This document shows positions 11,424 to 24,654 of a DNA stretch of 64,000 nucleotides, piece by piece. The DNA is taken from contig NC_092671.1 in assembly GCF_964355755.1 (NCBI RefSeq), positions 5,332,001-5,396,000 on the forward strand, given 5' to 3'. The notes beneath the pieces were generated by a model. The model was not told where the DNA came from, did not search any database, and worked only from the letters and a program-made list of their open reading frames with translations. Each line of letters starts with the position of its first letter. Positions within the stretch are counted from its first letter, which is position 1. Made by a program: the position numbers and the translations under genes. Source of the DNA: Antedon mediterranea. Lineage: Eukaryota; Animalia; Echinodermata.

Positions 11424-14400
11424 TTATAACGTCATAGGCTTTCTACCACGGCCGAACATCCTCCCCATAATTGAAGGTTTTGCACCATGTTTCAGCATTT
11501 TTATATCTCTGTAAAGGTCATAGAATGTGTCCACTATTTGCTTATAATTTTCTGCTGCTGATAATACCTTAAAAGAGCATCCCAATTCGTTTGCTAACTC
11601 TCGACCTGCATAACAAAAGAAAACATAATATTTGCTGTAATACGTTGCATTATATAATGAGCTAAAATGAACTAATTATGTATGTGCATGGTATGGTAGA
11701 ACTACATTAACATACTTAGTTTTTACTATATTTACCCAAATGTTTAAGCTGTTGATGTATTTCGAATTATTTAAATTAGGTCTATACACAAAACAATTAT
11801 CTCGCAATGGAAAATGAATATGTATATACAAGGACCAAATACATTTAGCGAGTCAAATGGCCGAGCGGTTAAGGCAGGGGCGCCGTTTACCGTAAGAACC
11901 AACAACATCGGCAGGGGTTCGAGGCCGACTCGCTCCTAGTTCTGGTGGAGGAACAAAGACATAAAATTAAAAAAAAAAACGTATTCAAATGAAATCTTCG
12001 AAAGAGCAATGACAGAATTTGCCAATAGGGGGTGAATGGAAGTATGTACATACATGGATGAATTTGATACTGTATTATGGTAGGCCTAGGTCTACTTCTG
12101 CAATCTTTTTTATTTCTAGGACGAGCAATGAATAGTATGGAAAGACCTTTAAACAAGAGACCTCAAAAGTGGTTCAGTAACCTATATTCCCCTTCACACA
12201 AATTAAAATTATGTTCTACCAGATTAATATTGCATGTATAAAATGATAGTGGTCGTGGGTCAGATGTGGTCGTATTGAAAAACGTAAAGAAATTCAGATT
12301 TTCAGAAACCGTAATTAAGGATTTACATTTCCATTTTCTATAGTAGATTTATATCTTGTTTTACAGCACTCGTTATTGTAGCTGACTAATAAACACATTA
12401 TTTATGAATCCTTTGGGTAAGTCGTGCAATTATGCATGAGTTCTACTTATATCTTTCTAGAGAGAATAAAAATGAATTGTTTAGAGTTGAAACAGTAAAC
12501 TACAACTAGTATATAATCAGCATGTTACATCAATCACTAACTTAATGGAACAGCTCGACATGTATAGTCGTCCAGTTCAATTAACACAAAAGTTAATTCA
12601 ACCTTTATTTAGTCGTTAGACAGATAGGTGTTTAATAACTAAATATGTAAAACACTAGCCTACTCTTCTCGACTCCTATCTCCATTTTTAATGGATTTTG
12701 GCCCAGTAGTAAACTCGACACATGTTTGAGTCTCTGTGCTAGCATTTTGGAAGAAAAGGTCTTCTCGGATAAAAAACTTAATTAGAGGTTCGGTGTACAA
12801 CTTTAGCGTCTAGAAACCTTGAAAGTAAACACGGGGTTACTATCTCAGCCCATGACGTCGTGACCGGGCAGACGAATGAAGGGTTCGCAATTCACCCCAG
12901 TGGCTAAATCTCTAGCTGTCTACACTATCAAACTTTATGTGACAAAATAAATGTGATTTAATTGCCCACATGGACATGATGACGTCATGTCATACCATAC
13001 CATATTTTGGAACATCACACTTTTTTTTCAAACTAGTTTGATAATAATGTACAGCTCTAGCGCGAGTCACTGTGACGTCATTGCGTATACCTTCTGTGAT
13101 ATCCACGACTTGAGCATGCAGTAGATCTTGTTTATTTGCAACTAATGTGAAGGGTACGGGGAATGATTTCCTAGCCTCTGATATCTTGCTCTGAGCTTTC
13201 CATAACGCCTCAAAGCTTTCTCTGTCAGTCACGGAGTAAACTAACATGATACCGTCTGCCCACTCAATCAACTGTGTATCTGTAAATATATCCTGAGGAG
13301 ATAAGATGAATTAAATTTTAATTGGAATTATTTATGATGCCTGTAAGGCGTATTTGAAAAAAATAGTAAGCCAAGTGATCATATTATGCAACTGTAGTAA
13401 CCATTACATTTGACACCAGTGCAATAAAAATCTTTTTTAATGATAAATATTTCTATTGTAGATTAATGTATAACATTGTGAAAGTTACTGTTTTACGACA
13501 TTCTTAAATTGGTTTTCTTTTTGTCTTGTGTGAGTTCATCTCACGTTTATTTAAATTCTCAGTGATGAATATATTGTATACATGTGTACATTCGTGACAA
13601 TTAAAGTAAGTTTTTATAGTTAAAATACAGGTATATTTACATAATAAGATACTTGAATTCAGTATTAACCATATTTGTTTTCATTTGAAATTTTAGATAC
13701 AATGTTAATTAAAATGTAAAAATGAAAGATTGCGGTAAAATAAATGATTAAAATATTTCTCGAGTAGATTCTTAAATTCTTATTGTACTGTATATATAGT
13801 GGTGACTGGTATTTTTATAATTGTAATTTAGTAATCTTAAGCTCTGTCTACGCTATCAAACTTGATGTGACAAAAAATGTGATGTGACCATAATGGACAC
13901 AATGACGTCATACCATATTTGGCCATTTTTGTTGTCAAACTAGTTTGAGAGTGTAGCTTTAAGTAATACTATACTGTATCAACTCGTTTCAATTTACCTG
14001 GCTATTTATGTCAAGTATTTCCATAGAAACTATATCACCGTCGATTTTTGTTTGGTGATGGTATTTTGTTTCTGAAAAATAAAAAGAAACTATGTAAGTA
14101 AAAGTTTATGGACATATAAAATAATTACACAGTATAAGTATAATAATACATTCTTAAAATGTTAAACATACCTTGTTCGTGCCCATATTCTCCTATAAAT
14201 CGTTTGGTTAAAAACCGAACTGTAATTGCTAAATGAAAAATGAAATAAGTTATTAGTCATGAATACAATTAATATATTATTGATTTTGTTTGGATGGATT
14301 CTTGTAGAAAATATCATGTGTGTGTACGAGGTATAAAACAAACATAATTTATTTTATTTATTTTATTTATTTATTTTATTCAGTTGTCAACCAACAGCGA

Positions 14401-17400
14401 TGAAACCGCCACTAACAGGTTGAATCTAAACATAATAAACTATCAAATGTATTCAAATAAACAACAAAAACATAAAGAAAGATCACAACATTAAAGAGAT
14501 TTAACAATTTTACCCTTAAATACATTTAAACTATCATAAAATAAATCAATATCCAAACAAGTAACAAGTAACCTATTAAATGTGTTAGGTAACCGCTGAA
14601 AAATACCTCGTTTTGTGCATTCAACACGACCACAAGGAACGTGAAGCAAGATGATATTGTTGTTAAAATACTAGTATTTGTATAAAGAGCTTAAATTAAT
14701 TAATTAATTAATTAATTTATATTATTAAAGAGCATAGGATGGCTATAAATTGAAAAATGAATTTTAGAAGTAAACTAATTTTTCTTATAAAATACCGAGT
14801 AATAAGTACATAAATTAAGAAATTTATATAATTTAAAACAGAATTGTTTACACTATGATTAATGATTTGCCTACACGGTGTGGGTAGGAATAGAATATTA
14901 ATCTTATAGAATCTTGAATGCAATAACTTTACGATAACGCCTTCCACATGCCAAATAAAGATATATAGTTTGGACATAATTTGAATATCAGATAATCCTG
15001 ATGAGCATAACGACGATTATGATGATAATAACAAAATATTATATCTTGAGAACGCGCGTTTCATATGGATGGGTTTTCAACAATATTCGGGAAAGGTGTT
15101 GATGTAAATATTGTAAAGGCAAGAGAGTGGCAGTTCCGACAATAAGGTAGGAGGGATTATAGGCCTAACAGATCACGATCAACTACCTTAAAGTTTTCTT
15201 CTTTTTAAATCATCATCCACACTGTGACACATCTTTATTTTAACACTGTTTGTGTAATTTATGCGTGAATATACTTTAATACAGTATGTGAAAGTGCAGC
15301 GTGCGTTCAAATACTGTCAGATGTCAGAATTTGTTCTCATGACTAATTGTCAAAGAAACTAAAAAATATATAAAAACTGAAGAGCATTTCGTGAATGATG
15401 AGAAGGATCGAGGATAATAAATGAATTCGATGGGTTTCCTTCTTCGATCCTAAATAGGCCTATATAAAACAATGTCAAAACAGAATTTTGGTAAATAATC
15501 AAGATACCCCGCCGTCCCCATCTTTCAATTTGGATTTCATGTAAAACATGAGACAGAATGAACGGTCGCTTTAAGATCCAAAGAGGAAAATTAATAATCC
15601 AAAAACTGTAGATTAAAATGGATTTCTTTCTAGTCACGTAGGTTACTTTGCATCACAAATCGTTTGCATACCACCTCCATTTGATTTATATTTTGAACTG
15701 ATTTTAATACTTTCAATTTTAAGGTAAAACTCATTGGTTTTGTTAGCATTCCACATAAGCCAGTTAGGCCTATATCGTCAACAATACAAACAATATTTCT
15801 ATATTCCAAATTCGACAATAATATTTGTAGTCACGTTTAGCCTTGAGAGACAACACCTGTACATTAGAGGTTTCAAGACGGAATTTTAATTTGATAATCA
15901 AATTAATACAGACACTATACTACTTATAAAATAATCGATTCAGTATAATCAAGGCAATATAACAAAGGACACTGACCTTGCTTTGTAAAACTCGTTACAG
16001 TCTTTTGATCTTATGTCTGGCTGCGACAAATACCAACAGTAATGTACTATGTACATATTCTTCGCCGCGGCGCGCAGTGTCTGTTAAAAAGCGTGAAACT
16101 GGTCGTGACGCAGCCTTTAATCTCGTATTCGTATTATTACTTGTATTCTGAAGTTTGTTTGTTTGTTTGTTTTATTGGTTTTCCACACACAAATAAATAC
16201 AATCACATGATAAATAATATAGTATTCGATAACTTTGAAATAACAAACTTAGGATAAGGTGGTGTGTGGATGGAGGCCAAAATAAGTTTGTTAAACAAAC
16301 TTTAAGTCATGGCCACCGGTTAAAATTAAAATTAAAATAAGTTTAAATGGTGGTGGTTGAAAAATATCGCAGATTACATACGTCACAGGCAGTCTGATTT
16401 AACAAAGAGTTAAACAATTTTTGAAGACAAACTGCATCATTGAAACAAACAAAAAATGTTTATGCTTAGTTCTGTTTCGCTTTCTTTGTTGTATGATGGC
16501 AGTGTGTCTTTAAGTGACTCCAAGTCGCATGTCGTCCTTGGCAATCTCTGAGTTTAAGATTGGCACAGTTGTAGTTTTTGTGTCTAAAGCTCTGTCTACA
16601 CTAGCAAACTTGATGTGACAAAAACAATGTGATGTTCCCATGTCTAGACATGACGATGTCATATCACTACCATTTGGGCATATCACTACCAAATTTTTAG
16701 GTGCATCACAATTTTTTTGTCAAACTAGTTTGAGACAGACAGAGCTTATAATAACCATTCATCCCTCACAACGCATTGTGCGGTGCGAAATAAATAATAT
16801 ACGCAACCAATCAGGTCAAAATTCAATCACGCGAAAAAAAATCACCTACTGTAATGTAAAACAGACTTTATAAAATTAATAATAACTCGTGCATTATGAA
16901 ACTTCCTTATATATTATGTCGTCAACTCAGATGATTGACAGCGGTCAAACATGTTTGTTGTTTTTCTTGGACCAGACACAGTTGAATACACACCTGATTG
17001 TTGACAGAATATTTGATATCAGGTGATCTAGCGATAGTGATCAGATAATTTACACCATCATATCCTTTACACAGATTTGCTCATTTCTAAAATTAATTTC
17101 TGCTGACGTCACCTGTCTGGAAAATGCCTACTTCTTTTTAACCTCGGTTTTGATTTATCAGAATCTCAGCTGATAATTTATTGATTCTTGGTTTTTTTTA
17201 AGTGGCATAATTTATGGAAACCGAAATGAAAAGAACCTATATTCCTCGAAACCATCTCAAGTAAAATCTAGAGTCATTCAACTGTATTTTTAACGGCCTT
17301 TTATTTATTTATTTTTTTTTTATTTTTTATTTAATGATAGACACAGATGTTGATAGACAATATTTAGGTTCAGGTAGCTATACAGTATTTAGAAAATAGG

Positions 17401-20400
17401 CAAGGTATCTAGCAGTTTAACATAGAAATCCCATGATTATTTGATTTCTGCCTTTAACACGTTGGAAATCATTCGAGTATTTCTCTTCTGTCTGAGCCTG
17501 TCATACGAAATAAAATAAAGAATGTTTACATTTTGTTTATGAGAACATCCATTATTAAAGGTTTATTTAAACAATTGCTCGTATCTAAAATAATCAAGGA
17601 CTTTAACAGCATCCTTCGGGTTGTCGTGGCAACATTTATCATCATCCTTCGAAGCTCCATGAATGTGAAGCAATCCACGGCACTTGAAGAACCTACTTAC
17701 TAAGAGTACTTCCACTTTCTGTCCAATCAGAAACGTTGTATTTAATTATAACTGGACATCCAGACTAAATCCGTTTTTAAAGGCAGTCTGTAAATTACAA
17801 TCGGTCAGTAACCGAATAGAGTGAACGACACGCTGTTAATTGAACTGAACCAGTTTCACACCCCCTTTATATATCTCATCCAACATATCTTATTAATATG
17901 CCTAGATCTATCTTTATAGCGTTCTGTGTAAATATACAGGAGGTTGTATTGTTACCACCAGGTGATATTTACCTGGCCACGTACAGTGTTTTGATTGATA
18001 CTTTAGGGTTATTTTACCAACTGCGCAATAGTCTAGATTTTTGTAGTTCCTCTCACGAAAGGTGAGGGTACGTGTTAATTCGGCAAACACCTCTTATTTG
18101 ACTTTTCATTTTCAGCTAATTGACTCTACAGTTTAGCTAAAAACGTTGGTGGAGGTTTATGGGTTTTTAACGGTAAAGAGTAAGTTTTAAAGTTTAGCTG
18201 TGGGCCTAATTAACTGAGCAAATGGATCTTCAACGGATCAGGAACCTGACATCGTCGTGAAGTGGAATTCACTATTATAGTAGGCTATTTCTGCATAAAG
18301 TGTGTGGGAAGAAAGTGGGGTGAAATTATAATTGAATGATTTAAGAAAAAGTCTGGTAACCTGCATAGGTCTGGATACCTTTCTTCGTAGAAATTGTTCA
18401 TGTCAAATCTTATAAATGAATTGCACGGGGGCGTAGGGTTTGACGTATATTTGTTTGAAGATAGATTTTAGAATAGGTTTATTGAATGAAATTGACTGAA
18501 TCGGAGTTTGTAGAGTGGTTGCCTCCCAAAGAGGGGAGAACTAGACAACAGGAAGGGGGACATCACAGCCACCGACTGAGACAATATCCGAAAAGGTTTT
18601 GCACTGGACGATCTTACGCAATGGTGGAACAGCACTAATTACAGACGCCCTCATATGACATGACTGATGATCCCGTCACCTTAATATTAACAAACATGAA
18701 TAGCTACGGTTGTTTGGTACGCACGATTAATGTAGGCCTACGTGAGTCATTAATTCGAAATGACAGATTAAGTATTGTTTTACAGTAAATGAAGCGTTTG
18801 TTTAATAAAGTTCATTTCGGTTCATAACATCGTTGGGATGTTATAATGTTATACGAGAATCTAGAAACACGATTCGAAAGTGACAAAATGTTAGTTTCAA
18901 CAAATAACTACCTACGTACGTACAACCAGTCATCAAATCATGAATCGACACTATTCGGTCAATGACATTTAATTATAGAGAAAATGTTCTATCATTATAT
19001 TATAATGAACCATTATGTAGAGTATTCGACAGCATAAAAACGATGGATAATAAGTCATTCTTCCATAGCACGTCAAACGTCAAAATAAATATAATTTATA
19101 ATTAATGAACTGTATTATATTATTATCTAAATGTAAGAATATTTTCAACTACTGTATTATCAATCATCAATTATATTTTGTTGTCGCCTGTGGTGAAAAC
19201 ACAATGTAAACTAAATTTGTTTAGGCCTATACATAATACACTTTTGTGAAATCACCACAAATTACGAAAATATATATAATATACTGTATGATTATATAGA
19301 CCTACTGTGTAATGCACCGTAAACAAAACGTTGTGCCACTATGACATTAATGAATTGACATATGCGCGTTCCACCAGTTCCATTGTGCCCTTTAATGTTC
19401 GCCGCCTTTAAAAAAAATGTTTAGAAATGAACACAACGGGAAGTTCCAAAATAAGTTGTGCTCGTCGGTTTTTCATAACTAGGCCTTCCGATAATTATTT
19501 TGAAAGGCAAAACCTAAACTCGACGATTGAAATTTTGACTTTCCAAACCCGGCGGTAAAGACTTTCCAAACCCGGTGACACCTAATGTGTACAATATCAT
19601 ACATTTTTAGGCCTAATGCAAAAATTCCAATTTTAGACCACGCATGACTCAACACAGCAACAACAGTGGTTGTTCACATACTGGATGCACTTCAACATTC
19701 CTTTCAATTAAATTTATATTGAGCCCAATCACCTATCGTATAAATCTCTCGCAAAACTAATTTTATTTTGCGATGTTTTAACTACTCTTGTTTCCATTCC
19801 CAATTGGTAATCATAAACTCCTAGCTGAAACTTCAAAATTAAATTTATGACGGTATTTATTACGTTGAGAAATGTAAGAAGAAGCAAATTGAAACAAATG
19901 CGATAAGATCGGATCTGCCTATATGGGCCTACATATGAATGTATTCGAAATTCTAATATCATCAATAATAATAATAACAAATGCAAAATCTGTCCACGTT
20001 ATGGAAGTTGATTATTAAGAAAGATTTGAAATTAAGAAGTAATGAATAAAAATAGATGTAATCATTACAATTTTATGTTTGTTGGACTTCTGATCGTGTA
20101 ACTCCTTAAAAAAGACGACAAGGGTTTACACTTTACAGGCAATCCCAGGTTATACACGGAATATACAACCATGACTGAAGAAGTATACAGTGACTGCGTC
20201 ATCAACTACAACCGTATTGTGAAACCTCTACAATCGTCAATGAAATAACAGTAATTGAAACTTACAAGCGTCTGAACTCTACAACCGTCAATAAAATATA
20301 AAACCTTCATTGAAATCTACTATGCGCGGCCGACTCATGCATACATACAGAACAGAACATTTTAACAATTCTAATTTGTCCATATCGGTGCATTGCTGGC

Positions 20401-22845
20401 CCAAGTTGACCATGCACGGGTACCTGTCAATATACCGCTGGGTATTTCGAGAATACAAATTACTTCACACGGATTGCCAATCATATTTTCACTGTTAAAT
20501 AGTGCAGTTGATTGTGTACCGTGTAATATCGTCATCCTCATAATTTAAGCACTTGAAATAGTATAAGCTAAACCAGCCAAGACTGTTGATATTCAAGTAG
20601 TACTGTGTATTAATATACAAATGCAAATATGTAATGCGGGCCTACTCAAAAGGCAGATTTGGAAGCAAAGTGATCTTGATGATTTCTTTTTGGAATTAAT
20701 TCAACAGGTTTCGGTTTTGAAATCACCGTTTGGTTATCGTTAGACACTAAACTAATGCGCGCGTAGAAAAAGCGTAACAATCATCAATTGGGAGCACGGG
20801 TCAATTATTATCAAGTATCATCTATTGAGCGTCACGTAATTTATTATCTATTGAGTGCGCGCGTCAGTTGTATCCATTGAACGCGCGTCAAGTATCGTCT
20901 ATTCAGCGCGCATGTAGATTATTATCTATTACGCGCGTCAATGTACTGATAATCGCGTCATGGTACCACTGGAGGAAATAATAGTGCAGTTATTTACCGT
21001 AATAATGAAATATTTCGTCAGCGGCATTTCTGATTTGAACTCTTCACTTACTCCTGCTAGGAGGCGATCCAAATTTAGAAACATAATTGGAAGTGATGAC
21101 AAATTATTCACTGATTATTTCTTCATGTGAAAACCCATTGAAAATCTATTTATTTTTCCGTCTCTCGCACGTCTAAAGTAGATTTTAATGTGACGCACCC
21201 GCGTTCCTGAATTGAATGATGATTGAACATTTCTTTCATGTATGGGTCTAGGGATTACTATGGTTCCCGGCGGAATATTATGTGGGGGATCTTCTCAAAC
21301 TGCAATCACATTCATCATGTTCAAAACTCGATTATGTAATTGCGGCGCGCCATAGTTTGATAGACCGAATCGGAAAGTAACACACTCAAACTAATCACAA
21401 ATGAAAAGTTGCACCTCATATTGTAGACGTATTAAACATTCTATGTCGTGTACGTCACGTTACCGTACGTCATTTCCTGGGTTAGAGGAAAATACCTAGA
21501 ACCCCCTATTAATTAATGTTTTTAAATTGTAAATTTGTTCTATGTATGATGTAATTATGAATGTTTTACCATATTTTTCTGTCGAGGAAAACAATTTTTC
21601 CATGTACAATTTATTTTATATGGAACGAATAAAGATTTGATTTGATTGATTTGATTTGATATTAATGGAACATTTTCGGTACACAACGAAGTATTTCTAA
21701 AAATAAGGATGTTTCCTGAAAAGGGGTTGACCGCAGTAAGAAATTCTACTGTATAATATAGTAATTTATATAAAACAATAATAAGATGGTCTAATAATGA
21801 TAAGTCCTTTAATTTACGGTATACAAATGTACATAACAAATATAACAGTACTGTATATTCAAAATATTCATAATAATTCTTAATTAAGTACAGTAGCAAT
21901 GTCAGAATGATTGATCAAATTGGAAAACGCAATTGCTCATGAATATATTTTATTTGATAACATTTTCGACGACCGTGAGATAATGTCTGGTTGTCTAAAA
22001 AAAATTCTAGGCCTACATACCGCAATAATTACTCAAATGGGAAAACTTGCTAGTCCGATACTTAGCAATGAAATCGAGACCAGCTATTCCAAGTGGAATA
22101 AAAAGCACGATGACAGGTGAAATACAGTACTATGGACATACAATTAATGATGCAGAAAAACAACTTTAACAAAATTTCAACGAGATTTTTAAAATGTTCA
22201 GGCCTTACTCACATCAACCAGTGACGGATCCATGATTTTAAATTAAGGTGTGGGAGGGGATGGTAAGATTATGTGCTATTTTAACCTAATGACTTATCTT
22301 TCATATTGAGAAGGGGGAGAGAGAAGAAACATTCAACCTATTATTGTAAAGCTAATGATGACTGTAGTGATATTGTCCCTTTTAAATCGTTAATACCTAC
22401 CGGTACATACCAAATCAGCCAATACCTAGATTATGTACAATATTAAGTGTTGTGTGTCGAATACCGACACATATTTCCAATTACACAACTGCAAACATGA
22501 ACAATTTTAATTGGAATCAAGACAACATTAAAAAAAATACCGAAAAGGTGAACTTTAATTGCAAATAAATGTCTGTATTTCCTTGTTTTGCCCTTAGTAA
22601 TCCATGTACGTACACAGCTAATGACAGAAATTATGACGCGCGTGTGTACCTATTTTATCATCATTTAAATGCTCGCGGAAGGTTTGTGATTCTCATGATA
22701 ACTTTTGAATGTTTGGCCAAAAAATTAAATATTAAGCATAGGCCTACTTACCACTTTTTCCGACTCCTCGTAAACCTGTGACGGCAATTTTTACTTCTGC
22801 GTGAGTGGAAGGTTTACGGCGCCTCCCAAATGCACTGTTGTTCAT
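11424..22845 (-). CDS. RERG/RERGL-like Ras-family small GTPase, 202 aa, no CAAX box
   Basis: Exons 22845-22752 (MNNS..KIAVTGLRGVGKS), 14228-14172 (AITVRFLTKRFIGEY), 14071-13998 (..MEILDINSQ), 13292-13091 (WADGIMLVYSVTDRESF..VANKQDL), 11605-11424 (GRELANELGCSF..SAAE..GRMFGRGRKPMTL*). Total 609 nt, in frame, all GT-AG. VRFLTKRFIGEY is typical of RERG/RERGL/RASL11/RASL12; exact orthology uncertain. Confidence 0.9.
11847..11956 (+). mobile_element. tRNA-like head of the same SINE family, truncated
   Basis: A box TGGCCGAGCGG (11858-11868), B box GGTTCGAGGCC (11916-11926), then gctcctagttctggtggaggaac, matching gctccatggttctgatagtagaac in the 4545-4842 copy. Confidence 0.6.
12914..13056. mobile_element. 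MITE family A, copy 3
   Basis: ctgtctacactatcaaact..caaactagtttgata; explains the spurious tail of ORF 12990-13271. Confidence 0.75.
13840..13958. mobile_element. MITE family A, copy 4
   Basis: agctctgtctacgctatcaaact..agtttgagagtgtagct, flanked by TTA/TTA. Confidence 0.75.
16588..16746. mobile_element. MITE family A, copy 5
   Basis: agctctgtctacactagcaaact..agtttgagacagacagagct. Confidence 0.8.
20805..20962. repeat. Diverged short tandem repeat (tatctattgagcgcgcgtca)
   Basis: About six imperfect CpG-rich units. Confidence 0.6.
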
Positions 22846-23156
22846 TATTTTAACCTTTTATATGAGGTATTTCCAACGTAGGCCTGTGTACGTAGACGAC
22901 CTATACCACTATTAATAAATTTGTTGATTTGGATTATGTTTACTCACGCACTATCATGTTCTAGGAGGATGTTACCGTGTTAGAAGGCCCACCGTGTACA
23001 CATGGGATACTGGATATTCTGGAACGTCTGCACAGGCTACATTCATTGTACTCAAATGACTTTGGAAGACCGCAGAGAAGTTTTAGATGCTATATGAAAG
23101 AGCGCCATCAGTACGTAGGAAGTCTTAAATTTCGTTATTGCAGATGTTCGTAGAGA

Positions 23157-24036
23157 TGTTATGCGCGATTTGAACGATTTGCGCAATTTGAAATTGCGCA
23201 AAAAAAATCCTTGCGCAATTTGAATTGAAACATGTGTTTCAAATTGCGCAAGCAACGTATTAAATTGCGCAAGTAATCTGCAAATTGCGCAAGGTTTTTC
23301 GACAGATTGTGAAATCATGCACACCCATATTTTTATAGTAATTTCTAAGAATGATTCAAAATTAAAGATAAATATCGCATTTCCTTATTTTAGTAGTGCA
23401 AATATTGTTATAAGTTAGCATACCGTCGAAGAACCGACGAAGGAAAACGAAGCGGTGGTGTTACACCAGGCGGGCGCGGCGCGGGCGGCCGGCTATACTA
23501 CTCTAGCCTAGCTAGGGTCTGGACTACTGATACTGACTAGGTTACATGGCCTAGCTTAAACTAATATTAAAAACTTAATTTTTACATTTATTTTGATTTA
23601 TTTCAAGTTACAGTGATAATATTATTTAATTGTAATAATAAATGTTATGTATTTATTATACACATGTTATCTTCGCATTTATTATGTTTTATTTTGAGTT
23701 ATTTAGTTTCCAATAAATTATTATAATACCGATTGTCTGGTAGAATTTTGTTGCGCAATTTGAAAATTTACAGTTCGTTTTCAAATTGCGCAAAGGTGTC
23801 ATATTGCGCAAGAACTATCTTGCGCAATTTACAAATTGTGCAGCGCAATTTAAAATTGCGCAAAGATTTTCTTGCGCAATTTGAAATTGCGCAAGTTGAT
23901 TGCGCAATTTGAAATTGCGCAAAAAAATCCTTGCGCAATTTTAAATTGCGCAAGAATTCTTTGCGCAATTTCAAATTGCGCAAGGATTTTTTTGCGCAAT
24001 TTCAAATTGCGCAAATCGTTCAAATCGCGCATAACA
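23157..24036. mobile_element. Fold-back non-autonomous element with long TIRs built from TTGCGCAA palindromes
   Basis: Left end TGTTATGCGCGATTTGAACGATTTGCGCAATTTGAAATTGCGCAAAAAA has its exact reverse complement at the right end. Flanks TAGAGA/TAGATA may be a 6-bp TSD with one mismatch. GC-rich core at 23467-23492. Confidence 0.8.
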
Positions 24037-24654
24037 TAGATAAAAAATAGTTCTGATGGAAGAAAAACAATAGCTAGATTAATTAAAAATGTTCATTAAT
24101 GTATTTCCCCAATCAATAGATGTCCCGTTGGAACGTCCTTGTGTTGAATGTCTGCAATTATTACCATACTAGTTTGCCAAAAATACATTGTTCATCTATA
24201 GGCCTAAATTTAATGTTCGAAGATTTAAGAAAAATTAGGAACACATTTTTATTTCAACATAGTACCGTACTGTAGTAGTTGTTCGAAATATGCCTAGTCC
24301 ACGTATTGTTCGTGTTTAAAGGACACAAACTTGTTTTGAAAATTTATTTTCCAGTAAATAACGGTAAATATCCAATTCACACAAATGAAAGTGAATAAAA
24401 TAATTTAAAGAAAATACGTTATCAAACAATCAACAATAAATCAGAGCCATATATAATTGATTATAAATGGATCTTCAATAAATTCATAAACATCGCCCTC
24501 TATTATTTTAACGACTGGTTAAAAGACTACGAGAAATCATCCGGGAGTTTTACTGTACGTCGTTTTGTTTCTCGCGGGTTTAGGGTTTGTTGTTTTTCTG
24601 ATTTGAATCGGTTTACACAATAATTTAGGCATATAAAGGACACATCTATTAAAG

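Noticed and set aside
11847-11934. Functional tRNA gene
   Set aside because: No proper anticodon or T-arm cloverleaf, and the downstream sequence matches a SINE family seen at 4545-4842 and 46130-46382.
19538-19576. Direct repeat gactttccaaacccgg, two copies
   Set aside because: Simple local duplication with no further structure.
23052-24032. ORFs with LRNFKLR/LAQF repeats
   Set aside because: Products of the TTGCGCAA palindromic element.
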